Shown here: positions 30,504 through 38,291 of the stretch, piece after piece
How the letters are laid out: the number at the start of each line of letters is the position of its first letter
How positions within the stretch are numbered: the first letter of the stretch is position 1
Assembly: GCA_900554635.1 (NCBI GenBank)
Contig: USHY01000003.1
Location: 1-54,789, forward strand
DNA: 54,789 nt
Direction: 5' to 3'
From: an uncultured Clostridium sp.
GTDB taxonomy: Bacteria; Bacillota; Clostridia; TANB77; CAG-508
Notes under the pieces: generated by a model
Seen by the model: only the letters and a program-made list of their open reading frames with translations
The model's database searches: none
What the model was told of the DNA's origin: nothing
Translations under genes and position numbers: made by a program

Positions 30504-30550
30504 ATATAATAAGCAAAAATTGAACATACTACCAAAAAGGAGTGTTCAAA

Positions 30551-30691
30551 ATGCAAAACAAACGCAAAAAAGAAAACACAACAAAATATGGAGAATTCGT
30601 TTGTTCAGAATATTACTGGCTACCAATAGAAAAACAAAAAGAACAAGCAAAGAAAATGGAAGAAACAACTAAAAAACAAAAAGGTCAATAG
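30551..30691 (+). CDS. Small hypothetical protein (46 aa)
   Basis: AAGGAG lies 8 nt upstream of the ATG. Sequence is MQNKRKKENTTKYGEFVCSEYYWLPIEKQKEQAKKMEETTKKQKGQ. It is below the ORF-track size cutoff. I prefer it to track ORF 30478..30672, which overlaps the lexA end. Confidence 0.3.
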   Translation: MQNKRKKENTTKYGEFVCSEYYWLPIEKQKEQAKKMEETTKKQKGQ

Positions 30692-30821
30692 AGTCATGGG
30701 AAACATGGCTCTAAAAATTTTTAAAAGAATTATTAATAAAATGTAATAATCCCAAACAACCTCTAATATACATTAATTAAAGTTTAGTACAAACGTTAAA
30801 TTATGGGAGGTAATTTATTTT

Positions 30822-32300
30822 ATGGAAAACTTGGGAGTGTATGAGGATATTAAAACAAGGACTGATGGCGATATATATGTTGGGGTTGTTGGGCCAGTTA
30901 GAACAGGAAAATCAACTTTTATTAAGAATTTTATGGACTTACTTGTAATTCCTAACATTGAAAATAGCTATAAAAGAGAAAGAGCAAGAGATGAGCTGCC
31001 ACAAAGTGCGGCAGGAAGAACGATTATGACAACAGAGCCAAAATTTGTACCAAATGAGGCAGTTGAAATTACAGTAGGAGAAAATTTGAATTTAAGAACA
31101 AGGCTTGTTGATTGTGTTGGCTATTTAGTTAATAACGCAATTGGCTATATGGAAGAGGATGTGCCAAGAATGGTTAAGACTCCATGGTCTGATGAAGAAA
31201 TTCCATTTGAAGAAGCGGCTGAAATAGGCACAAGAAAGGTAATTACAGAACATTCAACTATAGGAATTCTAGTTACAACAGATGGAAGCATAACAGAAAT
31301 TCCAAGAGAAGATTACATTGAAGCGGAATCTAGGGTAGTATCAGAATTAAAGGCTTTAAATAAACCATTTGTAATAGTATTAAACACAAATAATCCAAGT
31401 GGAGAAGACACTATTGCCTTGGCTAAAGATATGGAAGAGAAATATGGAGTATCAGTAATACCAACAGATTGCACTAGATTAAATGCAGATGATATAAACA
31501 ATATTTTTGGAAAAATACTATATGAATTTCCTGTAGAAAGAATAAACATTAATTTACCAGGGTGGATAGATGGATTAGACCCAGAACATGAATTGAAGCA
31601 AGAATTATTTAAAGAAATAAAAGAAGCTTTTAAAGATATTAGAACAATAAAAACTATAAATGCAGGTGTTTCAAAAATAAAACAAACAGAAATAATAGTA
31701 AAAACTACAATTGAAAAAATAGACTTAGGTACAGGAGCTGTAACAATAGAAATATCACTAAAGAACACATTATTCTACAAAATTCTAACACAAATAACAG
31801 GAATAGAAATGAAAAATGAAGCAGATTTATTCTCAAGCATGAGAGCACTTGCAAATGTAAAAAAAGAGTATGACAAAGTCTCAATGGCATTACAGGAAGT
31901 AAGACAAAAAGGATATGGAATAGTAATGCCAAGTATGGATGAACTAATCCTAGATGAACCAGAAATAGTAAAACAAGGTTCAAGATTTGGAGTTAAGTTA
32001 AAAGCCAAAGCACCATCAATACATATGATTAGAGCAGATATAGAAACAGAAGTATCACCAATAGTAGGCAGTGAAAAACAATCAGAAGAACTAGTAAACT
32101 ACCTAATGGCCGAATTTGAAACAGACCCAACAAAAATTTGGGAATCAAACATATTTGGTAAAAACCTACATGAACTTGTAAACGAAGGACTACAAAACAA
32201 ACTATACAGAATGCCAGAAGATGCACAAGGCAAACTTCAAGAGACTTTAGAGAGGATTGTAAATGAAGGAAGTGGAGGATTAATTTGTATAATATTGTAA
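30822..32300 (+). CDS. spoIVA: Stage IV sporulation protein A (spore coat morphogenetic ATPase)
   Basis: 492 aa. MENLGVYEDIKTRTDGDIYVGVVGPVRTGKSTFIK.. and the C-terminus ..ERIVNEGSGGLICIIL are typical SpoIVA. Confidence 0.9.
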   Translation: MENLGVYEDIKTRTDGDIYVGVVGPVRTGKSTFIKNFMDLLVIPNIENSYKRERARDELPQSAAGRTIMTTEPKFVPNEAVEITVGENLNLRTRLVDCVGYLVNNAIGYMEEDVPRMVKTPWSDEEIPFEEAAEIGTRKVITEHSTIGILVTTDGSITEIPREDYIEAESRVVSELKALNKPFVIVLNTNNPSGEDTIALAKDMEEKYGVSVIPTDCTRLNADDINNIFGKILYEFPVERININLPGWIDGLDPEHELKQELFKEIKEAFKDIRTIKTINAGVSKIKQTEIIVKTTIEKIDLGTGAVTIEISLKNTLFYKILTQITGIEMKNEADLFSSMRALANVKKEYDKVSMALQEVRQKGYGIVMPSMDELILDEPEIVKQGSRFGVKLKAKAPSIHMIRADIETEVSPIVGSEKQSEELVNYLMAEFETDPTKIWESNIFGKNLHELVNEGLQNKLYRMPEDAQGKLQETLERIVNEGSGGLICIIL

Positions 32301-32394
32301 TTATATAAGTATTTTATAATTAAAACCCTTGTTTTTTTCAATATTTTGTGTTAAATTTTATAGGTGCATAATTTGCAAGAGGAAAGGTGATTGT

Positions 32395-33342
32395 ATGAAT
32401 GTGAATAGAAATATTGAAAATATGGTTAAAATAAAGGTTATTGGAGTAGGTGGAGGCGGTAATAATGCTGTTTTGAGGATGATTGCTGATAAGGTTCCTA
32501 ATATTGAAACATATTTGCTTAATACTGAAACAAATATTTTAAAGAGGACTAATGCTAAGAATGTTTTGCAAATTGGGAAAGAGACAACTAAAGGGTTAGG
32601 TGCTGGTGCTAATGAGATTGTTGGTGAGAAGTCTGCCATAGAGAGCAAGGAAGAAATTAAGAAGATTTTGCAGAATACTGATATGTTATTTTTGACTGCT
32701 GGAATGGGTGGCGGAACTGGAACAGGTGCATTACCAGTTGTTGCAGAGATTGCAAAGTCTATGAATATTTTGACTGTTGCGATTGTTACTAAGCCATTTA
32801 TTTTTGAAGGTAGAAAAAGATTTCTTAGAGCAGAGGGAGGAATTGCTAAATTAAAGAATAATGTAAATGCTTTAATTGTTGTTTTAAATGATAATTTACT
32901 AAAAGTTGTAGGTGAGAAAACTTCAATACAAGATGCTTTTGAGCTAGCTGATAATACTCTAAAACAAGGAATTCAAAGTATAACAGATTTGATAACAACA
33001 GTTGGAGATATTAATATAGATTTTGCGGATGTCCAAACTATTTTTGGCTATAAAGGAAAGGCCTATATGGGAATTGCAAAAAAGAGATTAGGAGATACTC
33101 TTGAAGATGCTGTAAGAAGAGCAATTGATAATCCTTTAACGGAAAATAAAATTGATAATGCAAAAGGTGTAATCTTCAATGTAAGAGGCGGAGAGAATTT
33201 AGGTTTAAGTGAAATTAATACTGCAATTCAAGTAATTAATGATAAAGTTTCACCAGATGCAAATATTATGTTTGGAACTGTAATTGATGAAACTTTAGGA
33301 GATACAGTTGAAGTAACTGTTATTGCAACTGGTGTAGAGTAA
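32395..33342 (+). CDS. ftsZ: FtsZ-family tubulin-like GTPase lacking the C-terminal linker and tail
   Basis: 315 aa from ATG 32395 (SD GAAAGGTGA). It has KVIGVGGGGNNAV, GMGGGTGTGALPVVAEIAK and NIDFADVQTI, and ends ..VTVIATGVE* immediately after the globular core. Confidence 0.8.
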   Translation: MNVNRNIENMVKIKVIGVGGGGNNAVLRMIADKVPNIETYLLNTETNILKRTNAKNVLQIGKETTKGLGAGANEIVGEKSAIESKEEIKKILQNTDMLFLTAGMGGGTGTGALPVVAEIAKSMNILTVAIVTKPFIFEGRKRFLRAEGGIAKLKNNVNALIVVLNDNLLKVVGEKTSIQDAFELADNTLKQGIQSITDLITTVGDINIDFADVQTIFGYKGKAYMGIAKKRLGDTLEDAVRRAIDNPLTENKIDNAKGVIFNVRGGENLGLSEINTAIQVINDKVSPDANIMFGTVIDETLGDTVEVTVIATGVE

Positions 33343-33381
33343 AAATAATGGTAATGGGAGCAAATCTCATTACCATTGCTT

Positions 33382-33699
33382 TTATTTGGTAGCTTGAATA
33401 AATAATGCTATGCTTTTTAGTACTTCGAATGCAGGAGCAATTTGAGCTCTATCAATTTTTTCAAAAACCTTTTTTATTTCATCATTATCAATATTTGGCT
33501 TTCCAAAAAGTAGATAATCGGCAGATGTGTTTGTTTTTTCACACAAGGCCATCAGCTTATCAACAGATAATCCATTTACTCCATTTTCAACAGTTCCAAG
33601 GTATTGACCACTTATTCCTATTAATTTTGCAAATTGTTCCTTGTTCATATTTAAGCCTTTTCGAATTTCAGTAATCCTTTTTCCAATTTCTTCTTTCAT
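33382..33699 (-). CDS. XRE-family HTH transcriptional regulator
   Basis: 105 aa. ..LNMNKEQFAKLIGISGQYLGTVENGVNGLSVDKL.. It is divergent from the spo0A-like gene. Confidence 0.7.
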   Translation of the reverse strand: MKEEIGKRITEIRKGLNMNKEQFAKLIGISGQYLGTVENGVNGLSVDKLMALCEKTNTSADYLLFGKPNIDNDEIKKVFEKIDRAQIAPAFEVLKSIALFIQATK

Positions 33700-33747
33700 A
33701 GCTAAACCTCCTTTCTAAATAGTATATTTCAAAATCAAACAAATTAA

Positions 33748-33807
33748 TGTAGAAACATGTATGCAAAAAATGTAGAAAAATGTAGAAATTTGTAGAAAAA
33801 TGTGGTA
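33748..33807. promoter_or_regulatory. Four direct TGTAGAA repeats (near-0A-box) plus one TGTGGTA, the last four phased at exactly 10 bp, in the divergent promoter region
   Basis: tgtagaa occurs at 33748, 33771, 33781 and 33791, and tgtggta at 33801. This overlaps a TG-n-TATATT extended -10-like element at 33803-33811. Confidence 0.5.
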
Positions 33808-33864
33808 TATTAAATACAGAGAAAAATACCAAACTATAGTTTTACACGGGAGGTAATATTTACT

Positions 33865-34668
33865 ATGAAAAACAAGCAAAAACCAATGCCAATTTTATTA
33901 ATCGAAGATAATGAAATTGAGGTAAATCACTTCAAAGATTACTTCGAAAGTAGAGAAGATGTAAAACTTGTAGCAGCAACGAATTCAAGCTATAAAGGTA
34001 TTGAAGATGTAAAAACTTATGTGCCAGAAGGAATTATTTTGGACTTGGAATTACATAAGGGAGAAGGCTCAGGAATAACATTTTTAGAAGACCTACAAAA
34101 AATAGCTTTGGAATTTAAACCATTAATTGTTGTAACTACAAATGTTTCATCATCTATTATTTACAACCACATAAGGGATTTCGGGGCAGATTTTATATTT
34201 TATAAAAAGCAAAAGGATTATAGCCCAGAAATGGTAGTGAATGCAATAACTTCACTTAGGGAGACCCTTTACAGTAGTGAGTCTGAGGAGGCTATGAGTA
34301 AAACCACAACGGAAACTCCAGCTGAGCATAAGGATAGGATTGCACAGAAAATAGAGAATGAATTGGACTTAATAGGAGTTGCAACTCATTTGAAAGGTAG
34401 AAAGTATATTTTTGATGCCATTTTTTATCTGCTAGACAATTCTAAGGAAGATAGTGAGTCAGCATTTTCATATGTTGCAAGTGTGAATAAGGTTGCCAAT
34501 TGTAGTGTAAGCAGGGCAATGCAAACAGCAATAAACTATGCGTGGAGAACTTCATCAATAGATGATTTAGAAAAATATTACACAGCCAGAATAAATTATC
34601 ACACAGGAGTGCCAACACCAACAGAGCTGATATACTATTATGCGGATAAGATAAAGAAAATATCATAG
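33865..34668 (+). CDS. spo0A: Spo0A-like response regulator (receiver plus Spo0A_C-type DNA-binding domain, divergent)
   Basis: 267 aa. Receiver (..ILLIEDNE.., ..IILDLEL.., ..VVTTN..) and C-domain ..IGVATHLKGRKYIFDAIFYLL..CSVSRAMQTAINYAWRTSS..PTPTELIYYYADKI.. align with Spo0A_C landmarks, but the recognition-helix residues are altered. Confidence 0.7.
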   Translation: MKNKQKPMPILLIEDNEIEVNHFKDYFESREDVKLVAATNSSYKGIEDVKTYVPEGIILDLELHKGEGSGITFLEDLQKIALEFKPLIVVTTNVSSSIIYNHIRDFGADFIFYKKQKDYSPEMVVNAITSLRETLYSSESEEAMSKTTTETPAEHKDRIAQKIENELDLIGVATHLKGRKYIFDAIFYLLDNSKEDSESAFSYVASVNKVANCSVSRAMQTAINYAWRTSSIDDLEKYYTARINYHTGVPTPTELIYYYADKIKKIS

Positions 34669-34673
34669 AAACA

Positions 34674-34709
34674 AAACTTCATGAAAAAACATGAAGTTTT
34701 ATTTTTTTA
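34674..34709 (+). terminator. Rho-independent terminator after the spo0A-like gene
   Basis: 11-bp stem aaaacttcatg / catgaagtttt with loop aaaaaa and a T-run. Confidence 0.85.
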
Positions 34710-34845
34710 CACCAATTGCATAACAATTACACCCCCAAAACCACCGAAGCAATAAGGCTTTGGTGGTATTTTTATATTACAAAATACTAGTGCATGACAA
34801 ACAGTCAAATTACCAAAATTTATTAATGGAAGTGGGGTGGATTTT

Positions 34846-34893
34846 ATGTGGGACTGGATTAGAGATTTACTTAAATATTGGGGAGGAGTATAA
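34846..34893 (+). CDS. Candidate 15-codon micro-ORF (MWDWIRDLLKYWGGV)
   Basis: SD-like GGGGTGG ends 5 nt before the ATG. The ORF is followed at 10 nt by a strong terminator and lies directly upstream of a multi-TM kinase gene. There is no homology evidence. Confidence 0.3.
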   Translation: MWDWIRDLLKYWGGV

Positions 34894-34903
34894 AAATATA
34901 TTA

Positions 34904-34944
34904 AAAATCAAATCACATATTTAATGTGTGATTTGATTTTTTTA
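34904..34944 (+). terminator. Rho-independent terminator after the micro-ORF
   Basis: 16-bp stem (34904-34919 / 34925-34940, one G-T pair), loop tttaa, then tttt. Confidence 0.75.
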
Positions 34945-34989
34945 TATATCATGAGGTATAATAGCTTTATGTTTTAAAAGGAGAAAAAT

Positions 34990-36498
34990 ATGGAATCTGT
35001 CGATATAGTAAATAAAGTACTTAAAATTAGTTATATAAATATTGTAATATATTTTGTTTTTTTAAAAATAATAGGCTATGAAAGCAATAAAAAATTAAAA
35101 GATATTTTGGCGGTAATTTCTGGACTATTACTGTCTGTGATAGAAGTGATAGCAACTCAGTTTTTTTGGACTTTTCCTGTTTTAGTATTGGTTTATGTTT
35201 CATATGGCGTTTTGATTGCAATAATAACACAAAATAAAATAACATATTCAGTTACTATAATATTTATAGCATTAACTATAACATACTCGGGATACATTAT
35301 ATCCATAGCATTGGCTGGTATATTTACGGCAGTTTTCAGAGTTAAAATGACTCAATCTAATCCTATTATTTTAATTACTATCATATCTATAGAAACTTTT
35401 ATTATGTGGAATATATTTAGGATAAAAAGATTTAAAAATGGAATAGGATTTCTGAAAGATAAAAATAAGGTTTACAATATAGGAGTATTTGGCAGTATGA
35501 CAGTAGGAATGACTTTAATTGCCTATTCTTTATTTGGTAATATAGAAGGAAATAAATTAGTTGATCTTCTGTTTGCGGGAATTGTGTTAGAAACAGTTTG
35601 CCTTTTCATCTGGCTTAAGCGTAAGATTACGGTTTATTATAGGCAGAGGCTTAAGGAGAGGACTGTGGAGGAGTTGGAGAGTGAGATTAGGGCTAGGGAT
35701 GAGAGGATTTGTGAGGTTGTGGATGAGAATAGTAGGTTGGCTGAGGTTAATCATAAGTTTAGTAGTAGAATTAGGGCTTTGGAGGATTTTTCTTGTAAGA
35801 TGATTGAAAGACCAGAGATTGCAGAACTTATGAGATGTGAGTTTGGAGATGAGTTTGCGGATTTTGAGGAGGCTGTTAAGAATGTTTCTGAAGAGTTTTC
35901 TTCTGAGATGAAGCATGCAGTTATTATTCGTAAAAATTTACCAAAAACTGGTGTGTTTGGAGTAGATAATTTACTAGAATACATGTGCAAAGAATCTGCT
36001 AAAAATGGAATAGATTTTGATGTAAAAATTAATGGCAACATATTATTCATGGTTCAAAAAATCATAGATTCAAAGATGCTTGAAACCTTGCTAGGTGACC
36101 ATATTAAAGATGCAATAATTGCAATAAACTCAAGCCAAAACACATATAAAAATATCCTCGTAACAATAGGAATAGTAAAAGAATGTTATGAAATAAGCAT
36201 TTATGACACTGGTATAGAATTTGAGATAGATACTCTACTAAAACTAGGCTTAGAAAGAATTACAACACATAAAAGCACAGGTGGAAGCGGAATAGGATTT
36301 ATGACAACTTTTGAAACACTAGCAAAAACAAAAGCTAGCCTAATAATAGAAGAAAAACACCCAATAACAAACAATGACTATACCAAAATAGTAAGAATAA
36401 GATTCGATGGTAAAAAAGAATATAGAATAAAATCATATAGACAAAACGAAATCGAAGGGCGAAAAGTAGATAAAAGGATAAAATTTGAAAAGACATAA
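34990..36498 (+). CDS. Multi-TM sensor kinase-like protein (about 6 TM plus coiled coil plus GHKL ATPase domain, AgrC/HPK10-like architecture)
   Basis: 502 aa with AGGAG 7 nt upstream. The N-terminal ~215 aa are polytopic. A candidate H-box is ..LAEVNHKFSSRIRALE... The C-terminal ATP-binding motifs include ..TGGSGIGFMTTFETL... Confidence 0.6.
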   Translation: MESVDIVNKVLKISYINIVIYFVFLKIIGYESNKKLKDILAVISGLLLSVIEVIATQFFWTFPVLVLVYVSYGVLIAIITQNKITYSVTIIFIALTITYSGYIISIALAGIFTAVFRVKMTQSNPIILITIISIETFIMWNIFRIKRFKNGIGFLKDKNKVYNIGVFGSMTVGMTLIAYSLFGNIEGNKLVDLLFAGIVLETVCLFIWLKRKITVYYRQRLKERTVEELESEIRARDERICEVVDENSRLAEVNHKFSSRIRALEDFSCKMIERPEIAELMRCEFGDEFADFEEAVKNVSEEFSSEMKHAVIIRKNLPKTGVFGVDNLLEYMCKESAKNGIDFDVKINGNILFMVQKIIDSKMLETLLGDHIKDAIIAINSSQNTYKNILVTIGIVKECYEISIYDTGIEFEIDTLLKLGLERITTHKSTGGSGIGFMTTFETLAKTKASLIIEEKHPITNNDYTKIVRIRFDGKKEYRIKSYRQNEIEGRKVDKRIKFEKT

Positions 36499-36557
36499 AG
36501 GCATATTTTAAAAACTCAAAACATACAATTAACTATCCAATGTAGGAGGTTAAAAGT

Positions 36558-37328
36558 ATGTTTTTAGTTTTCAATAAAGATAAAATAATGGCATTTGTTG
36601 TGGCATGTTCAACCGTATTTGCCCTATTTTTAATGTCTTCCTTATTTGCCAAAACACCAGAACAAATAATACAAACATCAACAACACAAAAACAATTACC
36701 AATCTATTCAGTAAAAACAGAAGAGAAAAAAATAGCAATAACAATTAACTGTGCATGGAATGCAGATGATATAGATAAAATTTTAGAAACATTAGAAAAG
36801 CAACAAGTAAAAACAACATTTTTTATGGTAGGAGATTGGATAGAAAAAAATGAAGAATCAGCAAAAAAAATATTTGCAGCAGGGCACGAACTAGGAAATC
36901 ACTCATATAATCATCCACACATAAACAACTTAAACTATGATAAAAACATAGAACAAATAAAAAAATGTTCAGAACTAATACAAAAAATAACAGGAAAACC
37001 AAGCACTCTTTACCGTGGTCCATATGGAGAATATAACGACACTGTATTACAAGCCGCAAAAGACTTAAAACACACTACAATACAATGGTCTATAGATTCA
37101 CTCGATTATAAATCCTTAACAGGAGAACAAATGTGGGAAAGAATTGAACCAAAACTTCAAAACGGAAGTATAATTCTAATGCACAATGGAACAGAAAACA
37201 CAGCAAATAGTTTAAATGACATTATAACAAATATAAAAAACAAAGGCTTTACAATAGTGCCAGTTTCAGAGTTGATTTATAAAGACAATTATACAATAGA
37301 TAATAATGGGGAACAACATAAACAATAA
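36558..37328 (+). CDS. Polysaccharide deacetylase (NodB domain; PdaB-like sporulation type)
   Basis: 256 aa with an N-terminal TM. ..TINCAWNADDIDKILETL..TTFFMVGDWIEKN..GHELGNHSYNHPH..LMHNG.. Confidence 0.8.
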   Translation: MFLVFNKDKIMAFVVACSTVFALFLMSSLFAKTPEQIIQTSTTQKQLPIYSVKTEEKKIAITINCAWNADDIDKILETLEKQQVKTTFFMVGDWIEKNEESAKKIFAAGHELGNHSYNHPHINNLNYDKNIEQIKKCSELIQKITGKPSTLYRGPYGEYNDTVLQAAKDLKHTTIQWSIDSLDYKSLTGEQMWERIEPKLQNGSIILMHNGTENTANSLNDIITNIKNKGFTIVPVSELIYKDNYTIDNNGEQHKQ

Positions 37329-37349
37329 ACGAGGAAAATTTCCTCGTTT
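37326..37349. terminator. Bidirectional terminator hairpin between convergent genes
   Basis: 9-bp stem aaacgagga / tcctcgttt with loop aaatt. Confidence 0.7.
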
Positions 37350-37558
37350 TACTTGTTATCTGGGATGTACTCCAAAAGCTCAGAAATTTCACAATTAAAG
37401 GCTTTACAAATGCTATCTAATTGTTTGATATCTATTCTTTTAATTTCTTCATAATACATTTTAGAAATTGTTGCAGGTCGTATTTGAGTTTGATCTGCTA
37501 AGGCTTTTTGAGTCATTTTTCGTTCTCCTAATAAATTAGAAAGTTTAATTTTAATCAT
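37349..37558 (-). CDS. Small XRE-family HTH transcriptional regulator
   Basis: 69 aa. MIKIKLSNLLGERKMTQKALADQTQIRPATISKMYYEE... Confidence 0.75.
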   Translation of the reverse strand: MIKIKLSNLLGERKMTQKALADQTQIRPATISKMYYEEIKRIDIKQLDSICKAFNCEISELLEYIPDNK

Positions 37559-37656
37559 AGGCTAACTCCTCTCTTAAAGTATATAGTGTATTTTATCATT
37601 TCTTGCCTGAAAATAACATAAAATCACTACAATATAACGGTAAAAGTAATAAAAAG

Positions 37657-37685
37657 TTGCCTAGCAGTAAAAATAATGTTATAAT
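37657..37685 (+). promoter_or_regulatory. Sigma-A-type promoter with extended -10 upstream of the 37712 gene
   Basis: TTGCCT (37657-37662), 17-nt spacer ending in TGT, TATAAT (37680-37685). Confidence 0.5.
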
Positions 37686-37711
37686 AGAAAAATAGAAATG
37701 GAGAGTATAAA

Positions 37712-37939
37712 ATGCAAAATAATAGAAATAATATAGATATGGAAATTGATAAGAATTGGAAAAAAGAAAGCCAAAGTTATTTGAATGAATTACAGAAATT
37801 CTTAGACAAAGCATCTAACATTCAAAATCAAGAATTAAAAGAAGAGATAATTATACAAATGTTAAAATGTGATGATGAATTAACAAAACTAGCTGAAGAG
37901 AATTTTAAAAAATATTATGAACAGGGGAGAAAATGTTAA
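37712..37939 (+). CDS. Hypothetical small protein
   Basis: 75 aa, GGAGAG upstream, charged and helical. No family recognised. Confidence 0.35.
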   Translation: MQNNRNNIDMEIDKNWKKESQSYLNELQKFLDKASNIQNQELKEEIIIQMLKCDDELTKLAEENFKKYYEQGRKC

Positions 37940-38280
37940 AGAAAATATCTGTTGGGATAATTTCGGGACTTGTAAGTGGGGTATTTGCCGCAGGTGGCGG
38001 AATGATAGTAGTTCCAGCACTAATACACTTATTTAAAATGAAAGACAATGAAGCAAGAGCAACATCTGTATTTGCTATACTACCTATGGTAATTGCAAGT
38101 GGAATCTTTTATTATAGAAACAATTATATAGATTGGAACCTAGGAGTAAAGTGTGCAGTAGGAGGAATAGCAGGCGGAGCAATAGGAGCAAAGCTTTTGA
38201 AAAAAATATCAACAAAAACACTAAGGATATTGTTTATAATATTTTTACTATATACATCAATTAGAATGATAATTGCTTGA
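37933..38280 (+). CDS. Half-size TSUP (TauE/SafE) family membrane protein, first of a pair
   Basis: 115 aa. ..GLVSGVFAAGGGMIVVPALI.. and ..GGIAGGAIGAKLL.. are typical TauE/SafE motifs. About 4 TM. Confidence 0.65.
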   Translation: MLKKISVGIISGLVSGVFAAGGGMIVVPALIHLFKMKDNEARATSVFAILPMVIASGIFYYRNNYIDWNLGVKCAVGGIAGGAIGAKLLKKISTKTLRILFIIFLLYTSIRMIIA

Positions 38281-38291
38281 AAGGAAGGAAT

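Noticed and set aside
30478-30672. 64-aa ORF overlapping the lexA 3' end
   Set aside because: It has no SD, it overlaps lexA, and its composition is basic junk. The alternative 46-aa ORF at 30551 with AAGGAG upstream is more plausible, though still uncertain.
32329-32394. Upstream start for ftsZ (MFFSIFCVKFYRCIICKRKGDC extension)
   Set aside because: There is no SD. ATG 32395 has GAAAGGTGA upstream and matches the usual FtsZ N-terminus.
33748-33807. Possible CRISPR or tandem-repeat array
   Set aside because: The repeat unit is only 7-10 bp with no spacers of CRISPR size. It is interpreted as regulatory half-sites instead. No CRISPR array was seen anywhere in the window.
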